A stretch of DNA of 64,000 nucleotides, from assembly GCA_964291265.2 (NCBI GenBank), contig OZ219747.1:3680001-3744000 (forward strand), in the 5' to 3' direction. The notes beneath the pieces were generated by a model that searched no databases, was not told where the DNA came from, and saw nothing but the letters and a program-made list of their open reading frames with translations. The stretch is from Alphaproteobacteria bacterium (GTDB taxonomy: Bacteria; Pseudomonadota; Alphaproteobacteria; SP197). The position numbers and the translations under genes were made by a program. Positions 22,076 to 32,409 of this stretch are shown here, in pieces (position 1 is the stretch's first letter; each line of letters opens with the position of its first letter).

Positions 22076-22212
22076 GGCGCGACACTCCTGCGACAACGGT
22101 CTGCTGTGTGCCAAAATCACCCGGGCTTGCCAACCCCGGTCAGTCGACGAAGCACCCGGTCACTGCTCCCTGCTCCCGGAAACGGCGTGTGGTGTCAGGT
22201 TGCCGCCACTCC

Positions 22213-22857
22213 TCACCCGTGGCGCTCGAGGCACACCAGGAGGGTTCGGGCCGTGTCGAGATCGGCCGGTCTGTTGACGTTGAAGAAGGGATCCACCGGC
22301 TGGGCGCTGAACGATGCTTCGGCCACCCGGTAACGACCGGTCCAGGCGTCGATCTTGCGCACGCCATCGATGATCAAGGCCTGGCGCAACTCGTTTCGCA
22401 GGCGAACCGGCCACAGGCCAACCACCGGATGGCGTCTGCCAGCGGAGGCGGCGCAGGCCATGTCGGCACCGGTCTCCTTCACCGCCGCGAACAGTCTCTC
22501 GACCAGGTCGATGGGCAGGAACGGCGTGTCCGTGGGCACGGTGACGACCCAGTTCAGACCAGGAACATTGGCTACGGTCCAGTCGAGTCCTGCCAGCACC
22601 CCGGCAAGGGGTCCGGGACGCCCCGACAGCATGTCGGGCGCACGTGACATCACGGGCGAATCGACAGATGAGGCGTCGTCATTGACATTGAGCGCCATCA
22701 AGCGCACCTGGGGACGCAAGCGGGCGATCACGTGATCGAGAAGGCTGCGGCCACCGAGGTCCAGCGTGCCCTTGTCCCTGCCGCCCATGCGTCGCGCCAG
22801 TCCCCCGGCAAGCACCGTCCCGGCCACGTCATTGCGCACCTCCGACACCTCCGTCAT
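22213..22857 (-). CDS. mobA: Molybdenum cofactor guanylyltransferase
   Basis: LAGGLARRMGGRDKG, GPLAGVLAGL, VPTDTPFLP, DPFFNVNRPADL. Confidence 0.92.
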   Translation of the reverse strand: MTEVSEVRNDVAGTVLAGGLARRMGGRDKGTLDLGGRSLLDHVIARLRPQVRLMALNVNDDASSVDSPVMSRAPDMLSGRPGPLAGVLAGLDWTVANVPGLNWVVTVPTDTPFLPIDLVERLFAAVKETGADMACAASAGRRHPVVGLWPVRLRNELRQALIIDGVRKIDAWTGRYRVAEASFSAQPVDPFFNVNRPADLDTARTLLVCLERHG

Positions 22858-23702
22858 CCCCCTACGGGATCCGGAACGGCCAGGTCATCCCAGCACACGC
22901 GATGCGCGCCTGCAGCCACCATGAACCGCTTGCCACGCAGGCGGCCGATGAGCGTCATGTCGACCTGGCGGGCGAGTTCGACACCCCATGCCGTGAACCC
23001 TGAACGGGAGACCAGGACCGGAATGTTCATCCGTGCCGTCTTGATCACCATTTCGCTGGTCAGCCGGCCGGTCGTGTAAAACAGCTTGCCGGCAGCCGTA
23101 ATGTCCTCGAGGGCCATGTAGCCTGCAATTTTGTCCACGGCGTTGTGCCGGCCGACATCCTCCATGTAGACCAGCGGACGGTCACCCTCGCAGAGTACAC
23201 AGCCGTGGATGGCGCCGGCCTTGAGATAGAGACTGGGCGTCGCCGTGATCGTCTTCGCGAGGACATGAAGCCACGCCGTGTGAACAACCGCATTCCTGTC
23301 CAGGTGGACGGTCTCGATTTCATCCATGAGATCACCGAAGACCGTGCCCTGGGCACATCCCGACGTCAGTGTGCGTTTCCGCAGCTTTTCCTCGTAGTCG
23401 GTCTGCCGGCAGGTGCGCACGACCAGAGTGGCGGTTTCCTCGTCATGGTCGATTCCGGTGACCTCGCCGATTCCTTCCAGCATCCCCTGGTTCAGCAGAT
23501 AACCCACGGCCAGGCAGTCCGGGAAATCCCCGATCGTCATCATGGTGACGATTTCCTGATCGTTGAGAAACAGCGTCAGGGGAGTCTCCACGGTCACGTC
23601 CCGATCGATTCGGTTGCCATCCTGGTCGATGCCGGACACCGAACGCGTCAGACGGGAATCCTCGGGGTTCGGCCTGAGAAGGTAGGGCGTCCCTGCCGTC
23701 AT
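22854..23702 (-). CDS. fdhD: Formate dehydrogenase accessory sulfurtransferase
   Basis: VETPLTLFLN, TSGCAQGT, GAIHGC, EDVGRHNAVDK, TGRLTSEMVIK. Confidence 0.92.
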   Translation of the reverse strand: MTAGTPYLLRPNPEDSRLTRSVSGIDQDGNRIDRDVTVETPLTLFLNDQEIVTMMTIGDFPDCLAVGYLLNQGMLEGIGEVTGIDHDEETATLVVRTCRQTDYEEKLRKRTLTSGCAQGTVFGDLMDEIETVHLDRNAVVHTAWLHVLAKTITATPSLYLKAGAIHGCVLCEGDRPLVYMEDVGRHNAVDKIAGYMALEDITAAGKLFYTTGRLTSEMVIKTARMNIPVLVSRSGFTAWGVELARQVDMTLIGRLRGKRFMVAAGAHRVCWDDLAVPDPVGG

Positions 23703-25354
23703 GAGCCGTACCCGGAGGCGGCCTCGCACCGCGGCAGGGGTGTGTGCCCGCGTATCATGTCAGCTGCCTTCTCGGCGATCATGACTGTCGGCGCATTGGT
23801 GTTTCCCGTCACGATGACCGGCATCACCGAGGCATCGACCACCCTGAGGCCATCGACACCCCGTACTCTCAGCTGATCGTCGACAACCGCCAACGGGTCC
23901 CGCGCCGCCCCCATCCTGCAGGTTCCCGAGACATGATATCCCGACAGGGCGCCGCGGGCGACCGCCCTGAGAATGTCCTCGTCGCTCAGGACGTGTTCCC
24001 CCGGGTCCATCTCGGCTCCGCGAAAGGGAGCCAATGCCGGCTGGTGCGCGATGTCGCGCGCCCACCTGACCGCATCGATGAAGTCCCGCCGGTCCTCCTC
24101 TTCGGCAAGGTAGTTCGGTTCGATGGCGGGATGGGCCCCGGGATCAGCGCTCCTGAGCCTGATGCGTCCGCGCGAACGCGGATGCATCTGGTTGACGTCG
24201 AACTGGAAGCCGTCGATGGCAGTCTTCATGCGGTGACGTCGGCTCTCGGCAATGACCATGGGCGTGAAAAAGACCTGGAATCGCGGGAAGTCCGGCGCTT
24301 CGGCGCCACCCCTGGAAAAGGCGCCTACCGACCAGAAGGGATGGGCTCCAGGGCCCGCCCGCCTGCAGCTGGCAAACCACGAGGCGCCGAGCCAGAGAGC
24401 CATCAGCGGGCGGGTCCAGCGGGCCTGGGTGTCGCGCGGCCGGCGACAGTGGAACCGGACTGGCATGTTGAGATGATCCTGCAGGTCCTGCCCCACTCCC
24501 GGACTCGCCACTCTCACCTCGATTCCGTGCCGGCGCAGGTGTTCCTCCGGACCGATGCCCGACAGCATGAGGAGTTGCGGCGAACCGATGGCGCCCTGAC
24601 AGACGATCACTTCGCCGGACGCATGGACCTCCTCCATGGCGGAACGCCGTCGGTAGCGCACGCCTCTGGCGCGATGCCCCTCGATCATCAGGGACGTGGC
24701 AAGACTTCCGGTGCGGATCTCGAGGTTGGGCCGTGAACCGGCAGGCGAGAGATAGCATCTCGAGATGCTGGAGCGTCGGCCGCCGCGAACGGTGACATCG
24801 AGCAGACCGGCGCCAACCTGACCCGCGCCGTTGAAATCCGGATTCGCCGGCAATCCCGACTGGAGGCAAGCCTCGATGAACGCATGATCGATCGGCAGCG
24901 GCCGCCCTGCCGGTCCGGTCAGCAACGGGCCTGAATCACCGCGCCAGTGATCGCCGCCACCTTCCCTGCTCTCCGCCTTGCGGAAGTAGGGCAGCACATC
25001 GGCCCAGGCCCATCCCTCAAGACCGAGCTGTCTCCAGCGATCGTAATCGGCAGCGTTGCCGCGCATGTAGATCATGCCGTTGATCGCGCTCGACCCCCCG
25101 AGCCCGCGTCCCCGGGGCCAGTGGATCCGGCGGCCGGCGAGATGCGGCTGGGGTTCGGTGAGGTAGCACCAGTCAAAGCGCGGATTGCCGACGGCAAACA
25201 CGTTGGCTGCCGGCATGACGACCCGGAAATCCCTGTTCGTGCCGCCGGCTTCGAGGAGAAGGACGCGGCACGATCTCTCCTCGCTCAAGCGAGAGGCCAG
25301 GACAGATCCGGCCGATCCTCCACCAACGATGATGAAATCGAAGACGTCGACCAC
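23699..25354 (-). CDS. GMC oxidoreductase (choline dehydrogenase-like)
   Basis: FDFIIVGGGSAG, GLGGSSAINGM, SPQLLMLSGIG, YHVSGTCRMG, GNTNAPTVMIAEKAAD. Confidence 0.9.
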   Translation of the reverse strand: MVDVFDFIIVGGGSAGSVLASRLSEERSCRVLLLEAGGTNRDFRVVMPAANVFAVGNPRFDWCYLTEPQPHLAGRRIHWPRGRGLGGSSAINGMIYMRGNAADYDRWRQLGLEGWAWADVLPYFRKAESREGGGDHWRGDSGPLLTGPAGRPLPIDHAFIEACLQSGLPANPDFNGAGQVGAGLLDVTVRGGRRSSISRCYLSPAGSRPNLEIRTGSLATSLMIEGHRARGVRYRRRSAMEEVHASGEVIVCQGAIGSPQLLMLSGIGPEEHLRRHGIEVRVASPGVGQDLQDHLNMPVRFHCRRPRDTQARWTRPLMALWLGASWFASCRRAGPGAHPFWSVGAFSRGGAEAPDFPRFQVFFTPMVIAESRRHRMKTAIDGFQFDVNQMHPRSRGRIRLRSADPGAHPAIEPNYLAEEEDRRDFIDAVRWARDIAHQPALAPFRGAEMDPGEHVLSDEDILRAVARGALSGYHVSGTCRMGAARDPLAVVDDQLRVRGVDGLRVVDASVMPVIVTGNTNAPTVMIAEKAADMIRGHTPLPRCEAASGYGS

Positions 25355-25377
25355 CGATGTCTGCCGCTTGCCACGAC

Positions 25378-26238
25378 CTAGTGGAACGGCCGATCGCCGA
25401 TGACCGTGACACGATGCATCTTGCGATGTCCCGTGAAGCTGGAGGAAGCCAGATGCATGGTGCACCGGTTGTCCCATATCGCCAGATCACCGGGCTTCCA
25501 GGACCGGCGCACCTGGTAGTTGGGGTGTTCCGCGAACTCGCACAGCATTCTCAGGATATGGTCGCTCTCGATTCCCCCGAGGCCCTTGATCTCCTTGGTG
25601 AAGGTTCGATTGACGAACAGTCCCTTCCTTCCGGTTTCCGGGTGAGTGCGCACCACCGGATGTTCCACGGGCGGCAATTCTATGATGTCCTGGGCAAGTT
25701 TGCGGATCCCGCCCTCACCGGCCAGAACCGAGGATCCGAACGACATGTAGTAGTCGTGCACCGCCGTCAGTTCCTCGATCATGTCGCGAACCACCGGCGA
25801 CAGCGCCTCGTAGGCGGCGTGGAGACTCGACCACAGCGTGTCACCTCCTCCTTCCGGTGGCGTCACCTGGCAATGCAGGATCGAGGCCTTGGCAGGGCAT
25901 TCTCGAAAGGTCACGTCAGTGTGCCAGACATCGTTGTAGAGGCTGCCATCGCCGTGCTGCTCGATGACCGTCACTTCAGGCAGGCCCGCAACATTGCCGA
26001 ACACGGGATGGGGCGGTTCAATGTCACCGAAATGTCGCGCAAGGGCGAGATGTTCGGCCGGGCCGATACGCTGGTCCGGGAGAAACACGACAAGGTGGTC
26101 GAGCAGGGTCCGGTGAATCAGGTCGCCCGTGGATGAATCGATTCTTTCGGCCAGGTCGAGGCCATGAATCTCCGCACCGATCACGGGTCCGAGCGGCCGC
26201 ACCTCAACGGAATTCCGGGTCAAGGTCCTTCCCTCCAT
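25378..26238 (-). CDS. TauD/TfdA family Fe(II)/2OG dioxygenase
   Basis: WHTDVTF, GGDTLW, HPVVRTHPETGRK, WDNRCTMH. Confidence 0.9.
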   Translation of the reverse strand: MEGRTLTRNSVEVRPLGPVIGAEIHGLDLAERIDSSTGDLIHRTLLDHLVVFLPDQRIGPAEHLALARHFGDIEPPHPVFGNVAGLPEVTVIEQHGDGSLYNDVWHTDVTFRECPAKASILHCQVTPPEGGGDTLWSSLHAAYEALSPVVRDMIEELTAVHDYYMSFGSSVLAGEGGIRKLAQDIIELPPVEHPVVRTHPETGRKGLFVNRTFTKEIKGLGGIESDHILRMLCEFAEHPNYQVRRSWKPGDLAIWDNRCTMHLASSSFTGHRKMHRVTVIGDRPFH

Positions 26239-26426
26239 CGTCCGCCATCAGTGGATACCCTGCACACGGTCATCGTCAAGACGCGATGCTGGTCAGGCCA
26301 ACCGGCGGTGTGGACCGGCCTCGGGTCAACATCGTTGACGTCGGACCGTCCACGGTACCCGAGTGAGACCTTGTCACGGTTGCAGCAAGAGGTGAAGATG
26401 GAGGTGAACGGCGTGACGGGAGGCTC

Positions 26427-28433
26427 ATGACCGAACGCGAGATCATCCGGACAAGTTGTCCCCGCGACTGCTATGACGGGTGTGGCATCGCCGTGGTCAG
26501 GCGTCACGGCAGGATCACGCGGGTTCTGGGCGATCCCGAACATCCGGTGAGCCGGGGGAGCCTGTGTGGCAAGTGCGCCATTGCCTACAACGGTGTGTGG
26601 CTCGATCCCGAAGCCCGTCTCCTCCATCCCCTGCGTCGGACGGGACCGAAGGGCTCGGGTCTCTTCGAGCGTGTGAGCTGGGAGGAGGCGCTTGACGTCA
26701 TCGCAACACGCCTCGACACCATCATTGCCGAAAGCGACGCCGCCTCCATCCTCCACACGCACTACACCGGCACCTGTTCGGCCCTTGCCAACGCCTTTCC
26801 GGAACGATTCTTCAACCGCATCGGCGCCACCGAGGCCATGCCCGATTCCATCTGCAACAACGCCGGACACCAGGCTCTTCGCTATGTCCTGGGTTCAAGC
26901 GTCAACGGTTTCGATCCCGCAACGGCCAGGGACAGCGCCTGTATCGTCGTCTGGGGCGCCAATCCGGCCCACAGCGCGCCCCATGCCCACAAGCACTGGC
27001 TGAAGGAAGGCCCGGCCAGGATTGTCGTCATCGATCCGGTGCGCCACCTCACGGCCTCCCAGGCCGATATCCATCTGCAGGTCAATCCCGGCAGCGATGC
27101 CGTACTGGCCTTCGGCCTGTGCCACGTTGCCCGCCGCGACGGTCTGCTCGATGACGCCTGGATCACGCACCACGTCAAGGGTTACGAGGAGGTCGAGGAG
27201 GCGATCGCAGCGGCAGATCCGGAATCGACATCCCGCGTGACCGGTGTTCCCGTCAGCCTCATCGAAGAGACCGCGCATCTCTACGCGAAGGGACCGTCCC
27301 TCCTGTGGCTCGGCCAGGGACTGCAGCGCCAGTTCCGCGGCGGCAACATCTTCCGTGCCTGCGCCATGCTTCCCGCGCTGACCGGCAACATGTCAAAACC
27401 CGGCGCTGGGATTCTCTATCTCAACAGCACGCTCGACATCATGGCCCGCAAGGGAGCCACGCCTCCCTTGCCGGAAGCCGGGGAGGCCGGCCCCTCCATC
27501 AGCCAGATGGATGTCCCCGCCGCACTCGAAACGTCGGATCGTTTCCGCGCCTACGTGGTCTGGAACTGCAATCCCCTCGCCTCCAATCCGGCACAGCAGG
27601 TGCTCACCCGGGCGCTGATGCGCGAGGACCTGTTCACGGTGGTCGTCGACTGCTTCGAGACGGATACATCCCGCTACGCCGACATCGTGCTTCCGGCCGC
27701 CTCCTTCCTCGAATTCGACGACGTGAATGCAAGCTACTTCCATCTCCTTCTCGGCGCCCAGGTCCGGTGTGCCGAACCGATGGGCGAGAGTCTGCCCAAC
27801 CAGGAGATCTTCCGCCGCCTCGCCCGGGCCATGGGTCTGCCGGACGCCGAACTCCACCACACCGACCGGGAACTGATCGACGAGGTGCTGGAGGGAAGTG
27901 GAGTGTCCTGGGACGAGTTGACGTCACGCGGCTGGGTTGCAGCCAGCGATGAACCGATGGTGCTGTGGCCCGAGGGCAGGTTTGCGACTCCGTCAGGCAG
28001 GATGGAGATTGCGAGCTCCAGGGCCGAAGCCGACGGTCATCCGCGCGTGCCCGAGGCCGCGGCAGATCCGCCGCCGGCAGAGGGCCGGTTCCGCCTGTTG
28101 AGTCCCGCCGGCCGCTGGCTGATGAATTCCTCGTACGGCAACGATCCGCGCATCGGTGAACTTCTCGGCTCACCGACGGTCACTATCCACCCCGATGATG
28201 CCCGGTCGTGTGATGTCAGCACCGGTGACAAGGTCTCTCTCTCCAATGATGCCGGCTCGCTCACCCTGGTCGCGGTCGTTTCGGACAGCGTGCCGTCGGG
28301 AGTGCTGCTCGCCGACAAGAGCAGGTGGCCCGGACCCGGCGGAGCCAACATCAATCACCTCCACATTCCGCGCAAATCGGACATGGGCGAAAGCACCTGC
28401 GTCCACGGCGTGGAAGTCACCCTGACACGCTGA
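26427..28433 (+). CDS. Mo-bisPGD oxidoreductase (DMSO-reductase superfamily, uncharacterised clade)
   Basis: CPRDCYDGC..C 4Fe-4S, RVSWEEAL, SICNNAG, WGANP, DIVLPAA, IHPDDA. Confidence 0.88.
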   Translation: MTEREIIRTSCPRDCYDGCGIAVVRRHGRITRVLGDPEHPVSRGSLCGKCAIAYNGVWLDPEARLLHPLRRTGPKGSGLFERVSWEEALDVIATRLDTIIAESDAASILHTHYTGTCSALANAFPERFFNRIGATEAMPDSICNNAGHQALRYVLGSSVNGFDPATARDSACIVVWGANPAHSAPHAHKHWLKEGPARIVVIDPVRHLTASQADIHLQVNPGSDAVLAFGLCHVARRDGLLDDAWITHHVKGYEEVEEAIAAADPESTSRVTGVPVSLIEETAHLYAKGPSLLWLGQGLQRQFRGGNIFRACAMLPALTGNMSKPGAGILYLNSTLDIMARKGATPPLPEAGEAGPSISQMDVPAALETSDRFRAYVVWNCNPLASNPAQQVLTRALMREDLFTVVVDCFETDTSRYADIVLPAASFLEFDDVNASYFHLLLGAQVRCAEPMGESLPNQEIFRRLARAMGLPDAELHHTDRELIDEVLEGSGVSWDELTSRGWVAASDEPMVLWPEGRFATPSGRMEIASSRAEADGHPRVPEAAADPPPAEGRFRLLSPAGRWLMNSSYGNDPRIGELLGSPTVTIHPDDARSCDVSTGDKVSLSNDAGSLTLVAVVSDSVPSGVLLADKSRWPGPGGANINHLHIPRKSDMGESTCVHGVEVTLTR

Positions 28434-28493
28434 TTCCGATGATCACGGAAGCGTCTTCACGCTGGCGCATTGCCATGCGGGTCCGGAGTCAGC

Positions 28494-29399
28494 ATGATCG
28501 CCCCGTTCAACCCTGCAAACAGGCGGCTCGGCATGTGGATAGGAATACTCGTACTCATTACCTTCGGAATTTGCTCAATCGCCTGTCTCGTGCTGTCAAT
28601 CCGCGGTGCCCTGCAGGGCAGGTGGCACATCTTCGGCGCTCTCCTGATCCCGGCAGTGGGGATCGGGGGCACCGTCGTCATGCTGGTGGCACGGCCGATT
28701 TCCCTGGAGCTCTTCGGTGACAGCAATCTCGAGGATCTTCCTGAACGCGCCGTGGCCATCACAGGCGACGACCTGCTGACGGTCCACAACGGAACCTGGC
28801 GCTTCGGCTATGCCTACGACAAGGATACCCAACTGTTCCACTGGTACGACGAGGCCTTTGCCGAAGACGGCGGATTCTCCGGACGCAACGACACCGGCCA
28901 GACCTGGTCCGGCGGATGGGACATCGTCGAGGACGGCATTTGTCTCACCCGGGGGCAGGACACCGACTGTTTCGGTGTCTGGCAGGACGGCGACCTCTGG
29001 TACCAGACCAACCACCGCGACGAGATCGTCAATCGCTACATCGTGATCGAGGCATTCCAGGTTCCCAAGGGACACCCGACGCTTTCACCGGCGGTCGTGC
29101 AGGCCATCATTCCGGGGCGTACGCTCTCCGGTGAACTGCGGCTTCATTTCGGTGAACCATTCTACAGCGCCTCGTTCGACGCCGCCGGCAATGCCGTCAC
29201 GGTACGCCGGGGTGACTCGGCGGAGTCCCTCGCCACGGAGGAGGCCGGCACATACAGGTTTGACGAGGATGGCATGCTGTGTCTCGCGGGTGTGCTCCAC
29301 ATCGCCGATGCCTGCTACGCCGTCGTTCCGCGCCCGGGCGGCGCCGACATCGTTCGTGACGACCGGCGCATCGTCGCCACCGTCACGGCACTGCAGTAG
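28494..29399 (+). CDS. Membrane-anchored hypothetical protein with two internal repeats (DUF995-like)
   Basis: Two N-terminal TM helices, then GGWDIVEDGICL..DCF and GTYRFDEDGMLCL..ACY repeats. Confidence 0.65.
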   Translation: MIAPFNPANRRLGMWIGILVLITFGICSIACLVLSIRGALQGRWHIFGALLIPAVGIGGTVVMLVARPISLELFGDSNLEDLPERAVAITGDDLLTVHNGTWRFGYAYDKDTQLFHWYDEAFAEDGGFSGRNDTGQTWSGGWDIVEDGICLTRGQDTDCFGVWQDGDLWYQTNHRDEIVNRYIVIEAFQVPKGHPTLSPAVVQAIIPGRTLSGELRLHFGEPFYSASFDAAGNAVTVRRGDSAESLATEEAGTYRFDEDGMLCLAGVLHIADACYAVVPRPGGADIVRDDRRIVATVTALQ

Positions 29400-29490
29400 G
29401 CGCACCGCCGGAGGTTCCCTCCTGGACATCCTGGCAGTCCTGGCAGCCTTGACAGCCCTTTCGGCCGCGCCGTATCACCGTTCATCGGAA

Positions 29491-29565
29491 GGGCGCGTAG
29501 CTCAGCGGAAGAGCACTGTCTTCACACGGCAGGGGTCGCTGGTTCGAACCCAGCCGCGCCCACCA
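29491..29565 (+). tRNA. tRNA-Val (CAC)
   Basis: GGGCGCG/CGCGCCC acceptor stem, anticodon arm CTGTC-TTCACAC-GGCAG, GGTTCGAACC T-loop, encoded CCA. Confidence 0.95.
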
Positions 29566-29600
29566 TGCTTCAGGCATGCCACCCTGACCCATGGGGATCC

Positions 29601-30167
29601 ATGACGGTCACGGATCGCTACCGCATGTGCGTCTTTCCCCAGGCGCATGTGATGCCCTGGCAGGGCGTCTGGCCAACCATCGACGACAGGAGCCTCGTCC
29701 TTCCAGGCGCGGCGGTCATCGGCGACGTGGTGATGGAGGCAGACGCCAGCGCCTGGTTCAACACCGTGATCCGCGGTGACGACGGGCCCGTGCGCATCGG
29801 CGCCGGCACCAACGTCCAGGACGGATGCGTGATCCACGTATCGGTTGAACGCCCGACCCTCATCGGCCGCGGCGTGACACTCGGACACATGGTCCATCTC
29901 CACGCCTGCACGCTCGAGGACGACACCCTGGTGGGTTCGGGCGCCATCGTGCTCGACGGAGCCCGGCTCGAACGCGGGAGCCAGGTGGCTGCCGGTGCCC
30001 TGGTGGCGCCGGGCAAGGTGGTGCCGAGCGGCGAGCTGTGGGGAGGGGTTCCGGCCAGAAAACTGCGTGAGCTCGACCCGCGCGAGATCGACGCCATCCG
30101 GGACAACGCCGCGTGGTACGTTCGCGAACTTGACGCCTGGCGGCAGCAACTGGAAGCATGGCCATGA
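29601..30167 (+). CDS. Gamma carbonic anhydrase family (YrdA/CaiE-like)
   Basis: VIGDV..WFNTVIRGD..GTNVQDGCVIH..GHMVHLHAC..WGGVPARKLR. Confidence 0.88.
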   Translation: MTVTDRYRMCVFPQAHVMPWQGVWPTIDDRSLVLPGAAVIGDVVMEADASAWFNTVIRGDDGPVRIGAGTNVQDGCVIHVSVERPTLIGRGVTLGHMVHLHACTLEDDTLVGSGAIVLDGARLERGSQVAAGALVAPGKVVPSGELWGGVPARKLRELDPREIDAIRDNAAWYVRELDAWRQQLEAWP

Positions 30168-30639
30168 CTTTGGAGGGAAAACGCGTTCTCGTCACCGGTT
30201 CGACGAGGAACATCGGCCGCGCCACGGTGCGGGCCTTCCTGGAAGGGGGCGCCAGCATCGCCGTCACCGGTCCAGGCGGCAGGAATCTGGTTCCTGCGCC
30301 TCGTGGTCCTGGAAGTGCTGCAGCCTGCCGCCGGGTCGTCCATGCCGCGATCGACGACCTGGACGGTCTTGACGTGCTCGTCAACATCGCCGGCATCCAT
30401 GTCCGGGGGCCCTGAGTGACGCGACCAGCGCGTGGCTCATGGACATCAACGTCAAGGGCTGCTTCATCTGCAGTCAGGCAGCGATCCCGGACCTGCGGCG
30501 CGACAACGGCGCCATCGTCATGACCGCATCGGAGTCCGGGCTCGCCGACCCCGCCCGGAAGTTCATGACCGGAGCCCCGCTCTCCGTCGACGGCGTCGCG
30601 ACGGCGTGCCGCTGGCCTACCGGGCCGCCACGCACATGA
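30164..30639 (+). pseudogene. Short-chain dehydrogenase remnant
   Basis: LEGKRVLVTGSTRNIG, GLDVLVNIAG, INVKGCFICSQAAIP, FMTGAPLSVDG with deletions and stops. Confidence 0.7.
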
Positions 30640-30967
30640 TCTCCACCAGCAGGTCGGGACGCGCCAGGGCTGCTTCGACGGTGGCGCGGCACGGCTTGTT
30701 GTCGGGATCGATCCACGCCGTATAGACCTCGTTCATGGCCGGCCAGTCAGCGATATCGGCAAGCCAGATCTGCACCGAGAGAAGCCGTGATCTCGAGGTA
30801 CCGCAAGCATCGAGTGTGGTGTCGATCTGTTCCAGGATATCCCGGGTCTGCTCCTGGACATCACCGGTGGCATCCGAGGTCACCTTGCCGGAAAGCCAGA
30901 CAGTATCGCCATGAATGACGGCTCCGCTGTAGAGTTCACCTGGTTGCAGACGCTGGATATCGGTCAT
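30617..30967 (-). CDS. RidA/YoaB family protein
   Basis: AVIHGDTVWLSG, EQTRDILEQID, MNEVYTAW, PCRATVEA..LVEI. Confidence 0.88.
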   Translation of the reverse strand: MTDIQRLQPGELYSGAVIHGDTVWLSGKVTSDATGDVQEQTRDILEQIDTTLDACGTSRSRLLSVQIWLADIADWPAMNEVYTAWIDPDNKPCRATVEAALARPDLLVEIMCVAAR

Positions 30968-31026
30968 GATTCCCTCCCCGGGGCGATGTGCACCTTCCGC
31001 AGAGCGTAACACGAACTGGAAACGCC

Positions 31027-32409
31027 ATGTCGAGTGAAATTCCCGAAGACGGTCTCGTCCTGGTTGTCCGGGAGGACTGTCCGACCTGCCGGCTGGTCGC
31101 GCCGGTGGCAGCGGATCTCGAGGCACGCGGGGCCCTGGCCGCCGTCTATTCGCAGGACAATCCGGACTTTCCCGGCGGACTGCGGGTTAGCGACGACCGT
31201 CACCTCGAGGTCTCGTTTCGCCTCGCCATCACCATCGTGCCGACGCTGATCCGCTTCGCGGGTGGCGTGGAGACGTCAAGGGCGATCGGGTGGTCCAGGC
31301 GGGAGTGGTGCGCCATTGCCGCCCTTGACGATCTCGGCCCCAATCTGCCGGACGAGCGGCCAGGATGCGGGTCCCTGAGCGAGGAGGCGGGCTGGGCGGA
31401 GGAACTCCGGGCGCGCCATGGCGAAACGGGGCTCGATGCCGCGACCATCACCCTGCGGTTCCCGGAGGATCCCTTCGAGATCATGGACATCCGGGGATGG
31501 TCCGACGGTCTTCCCGTGGTCCCGCCGACACCGGCGCGCGTACTGGCGATGCTGAACGAATGCACTCTGGCGCACGATCACGTCCTGGGGCCGATTCCGC
31601 CGTCGGGGGCGGAACTGACGGTGGAGAAGGCCGCCATCAACGCGGTCATGGCGGGCTGCCGTCCGGTGTACTTCCCTGCAGTGCTGGCCGCCCTCGATGC
31701 GGCGCTTGATCGCGACTTCGCCTGGCAGGGCCTGCTTTCGACCACCATGGGGGCAGGTGTCGCGGTCATCGTCAACGGACCCGTCATTCGCCGAATCGGC
31801 CTCAACAGCGGGTTCAACGCCCTCGGCCACGGTACCCGCGCCAATGCCACCATGGCCCGCGCACTCGTCCTCATCGCCATGAATGTCGGCGGCGCCCGGC
31901 CAGGCGGTGTCGACCGCTCGACCCTGGGCCACCCGGGCAAGCACGGCCTGTGTTTTGCCGAGGACGAGAGCGATCCGGCCTGGCAGACCCTGGCTGCCTC
32001 CAGGGGAATCGAAGCGGGACGTTCAGCCGTCACGGTCTTCGGGTTCTGCGGAACCTCGATCATGAATGACGAGACGGCACGCACGGCCGAGGATCTCGTG
32101 GCCAGCCTTGCACGGTCGCTCGAGGCCATGTGCCAGATTCGCTCGTCCAGGCACGGCAGCGGGGTGCTGCTGGTGATCGCCGGCGAGTTCTGGCGCATGT
32201 TCAGGGAATCGGGCTGGGACCGGGCACGGATCGAGGCGGCTCTCCACGACGCAACGACAGGTCCTGACGGAGGGACGCCGATGTTCGAACCCGGCGATCT
32301 TCTCCTTGCACGCGCCGGTAGCCATGCCGGACTCTTTTCCACTATCATCCAGGGATGGGGGAGTGGCCCCATGGGGAGCCAGCCCGTCACAAGGGAGGTA
32401 GAGCCTTGA
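31027..32409 (+). CDS. Thioredoxin-like (CPTC) protein fused to the domain usually encoded beside UGSC selenoproteins
   Basis: REDCPTC, RPGCGS, GWSDGLPVVPPT, EKAAINAVMAGC, RANATMARAL, GHPGK. Confidence 0.8.
   Translation: MSSEIPEDGLVLVVREDCPTCRLVAPVAADLEARGALAAVYSQDNPDFPGGLRVSDDRHLEVSFRLAITIVPTLIRFAGGVETSRAIGWSRREWCAIAALDDLGPNLPDERPGCGSLSEEAGWAEELRARHGETGLDAATITLRFPEDPFEIMDIRGWSDGLPVVPPTPARVLAMLNECTLAHDHVLGPIPPSGAELTVEKAAINAVMAGCRPVYFPAVLAALDAALDRDFAWQGLLSTTMGAGVAVIVNGPVIRRIGLNSGFNALGHGTRANATMARALVLIAMNVGGARPGGVDRSTLGHPGKHGLCFAEDESDPAWQTLAASRGIEAGRSAVTVFGFCGTSIMNDETARTAEDLVASLARSLEAMCQIRSSRHGSGVLLVIAGEFWRMFRESGWDRARIEAALHDATTGPDGGTPMFEPGDLLLARAGSHAGLFSTIIQGWGSGPMGSQPVTREVEP

Noticed and set aside
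29491-29565. tRNA-Val as an island integration site
   Set aside because: No duplicated 3' end noticed and no adjacent integrase
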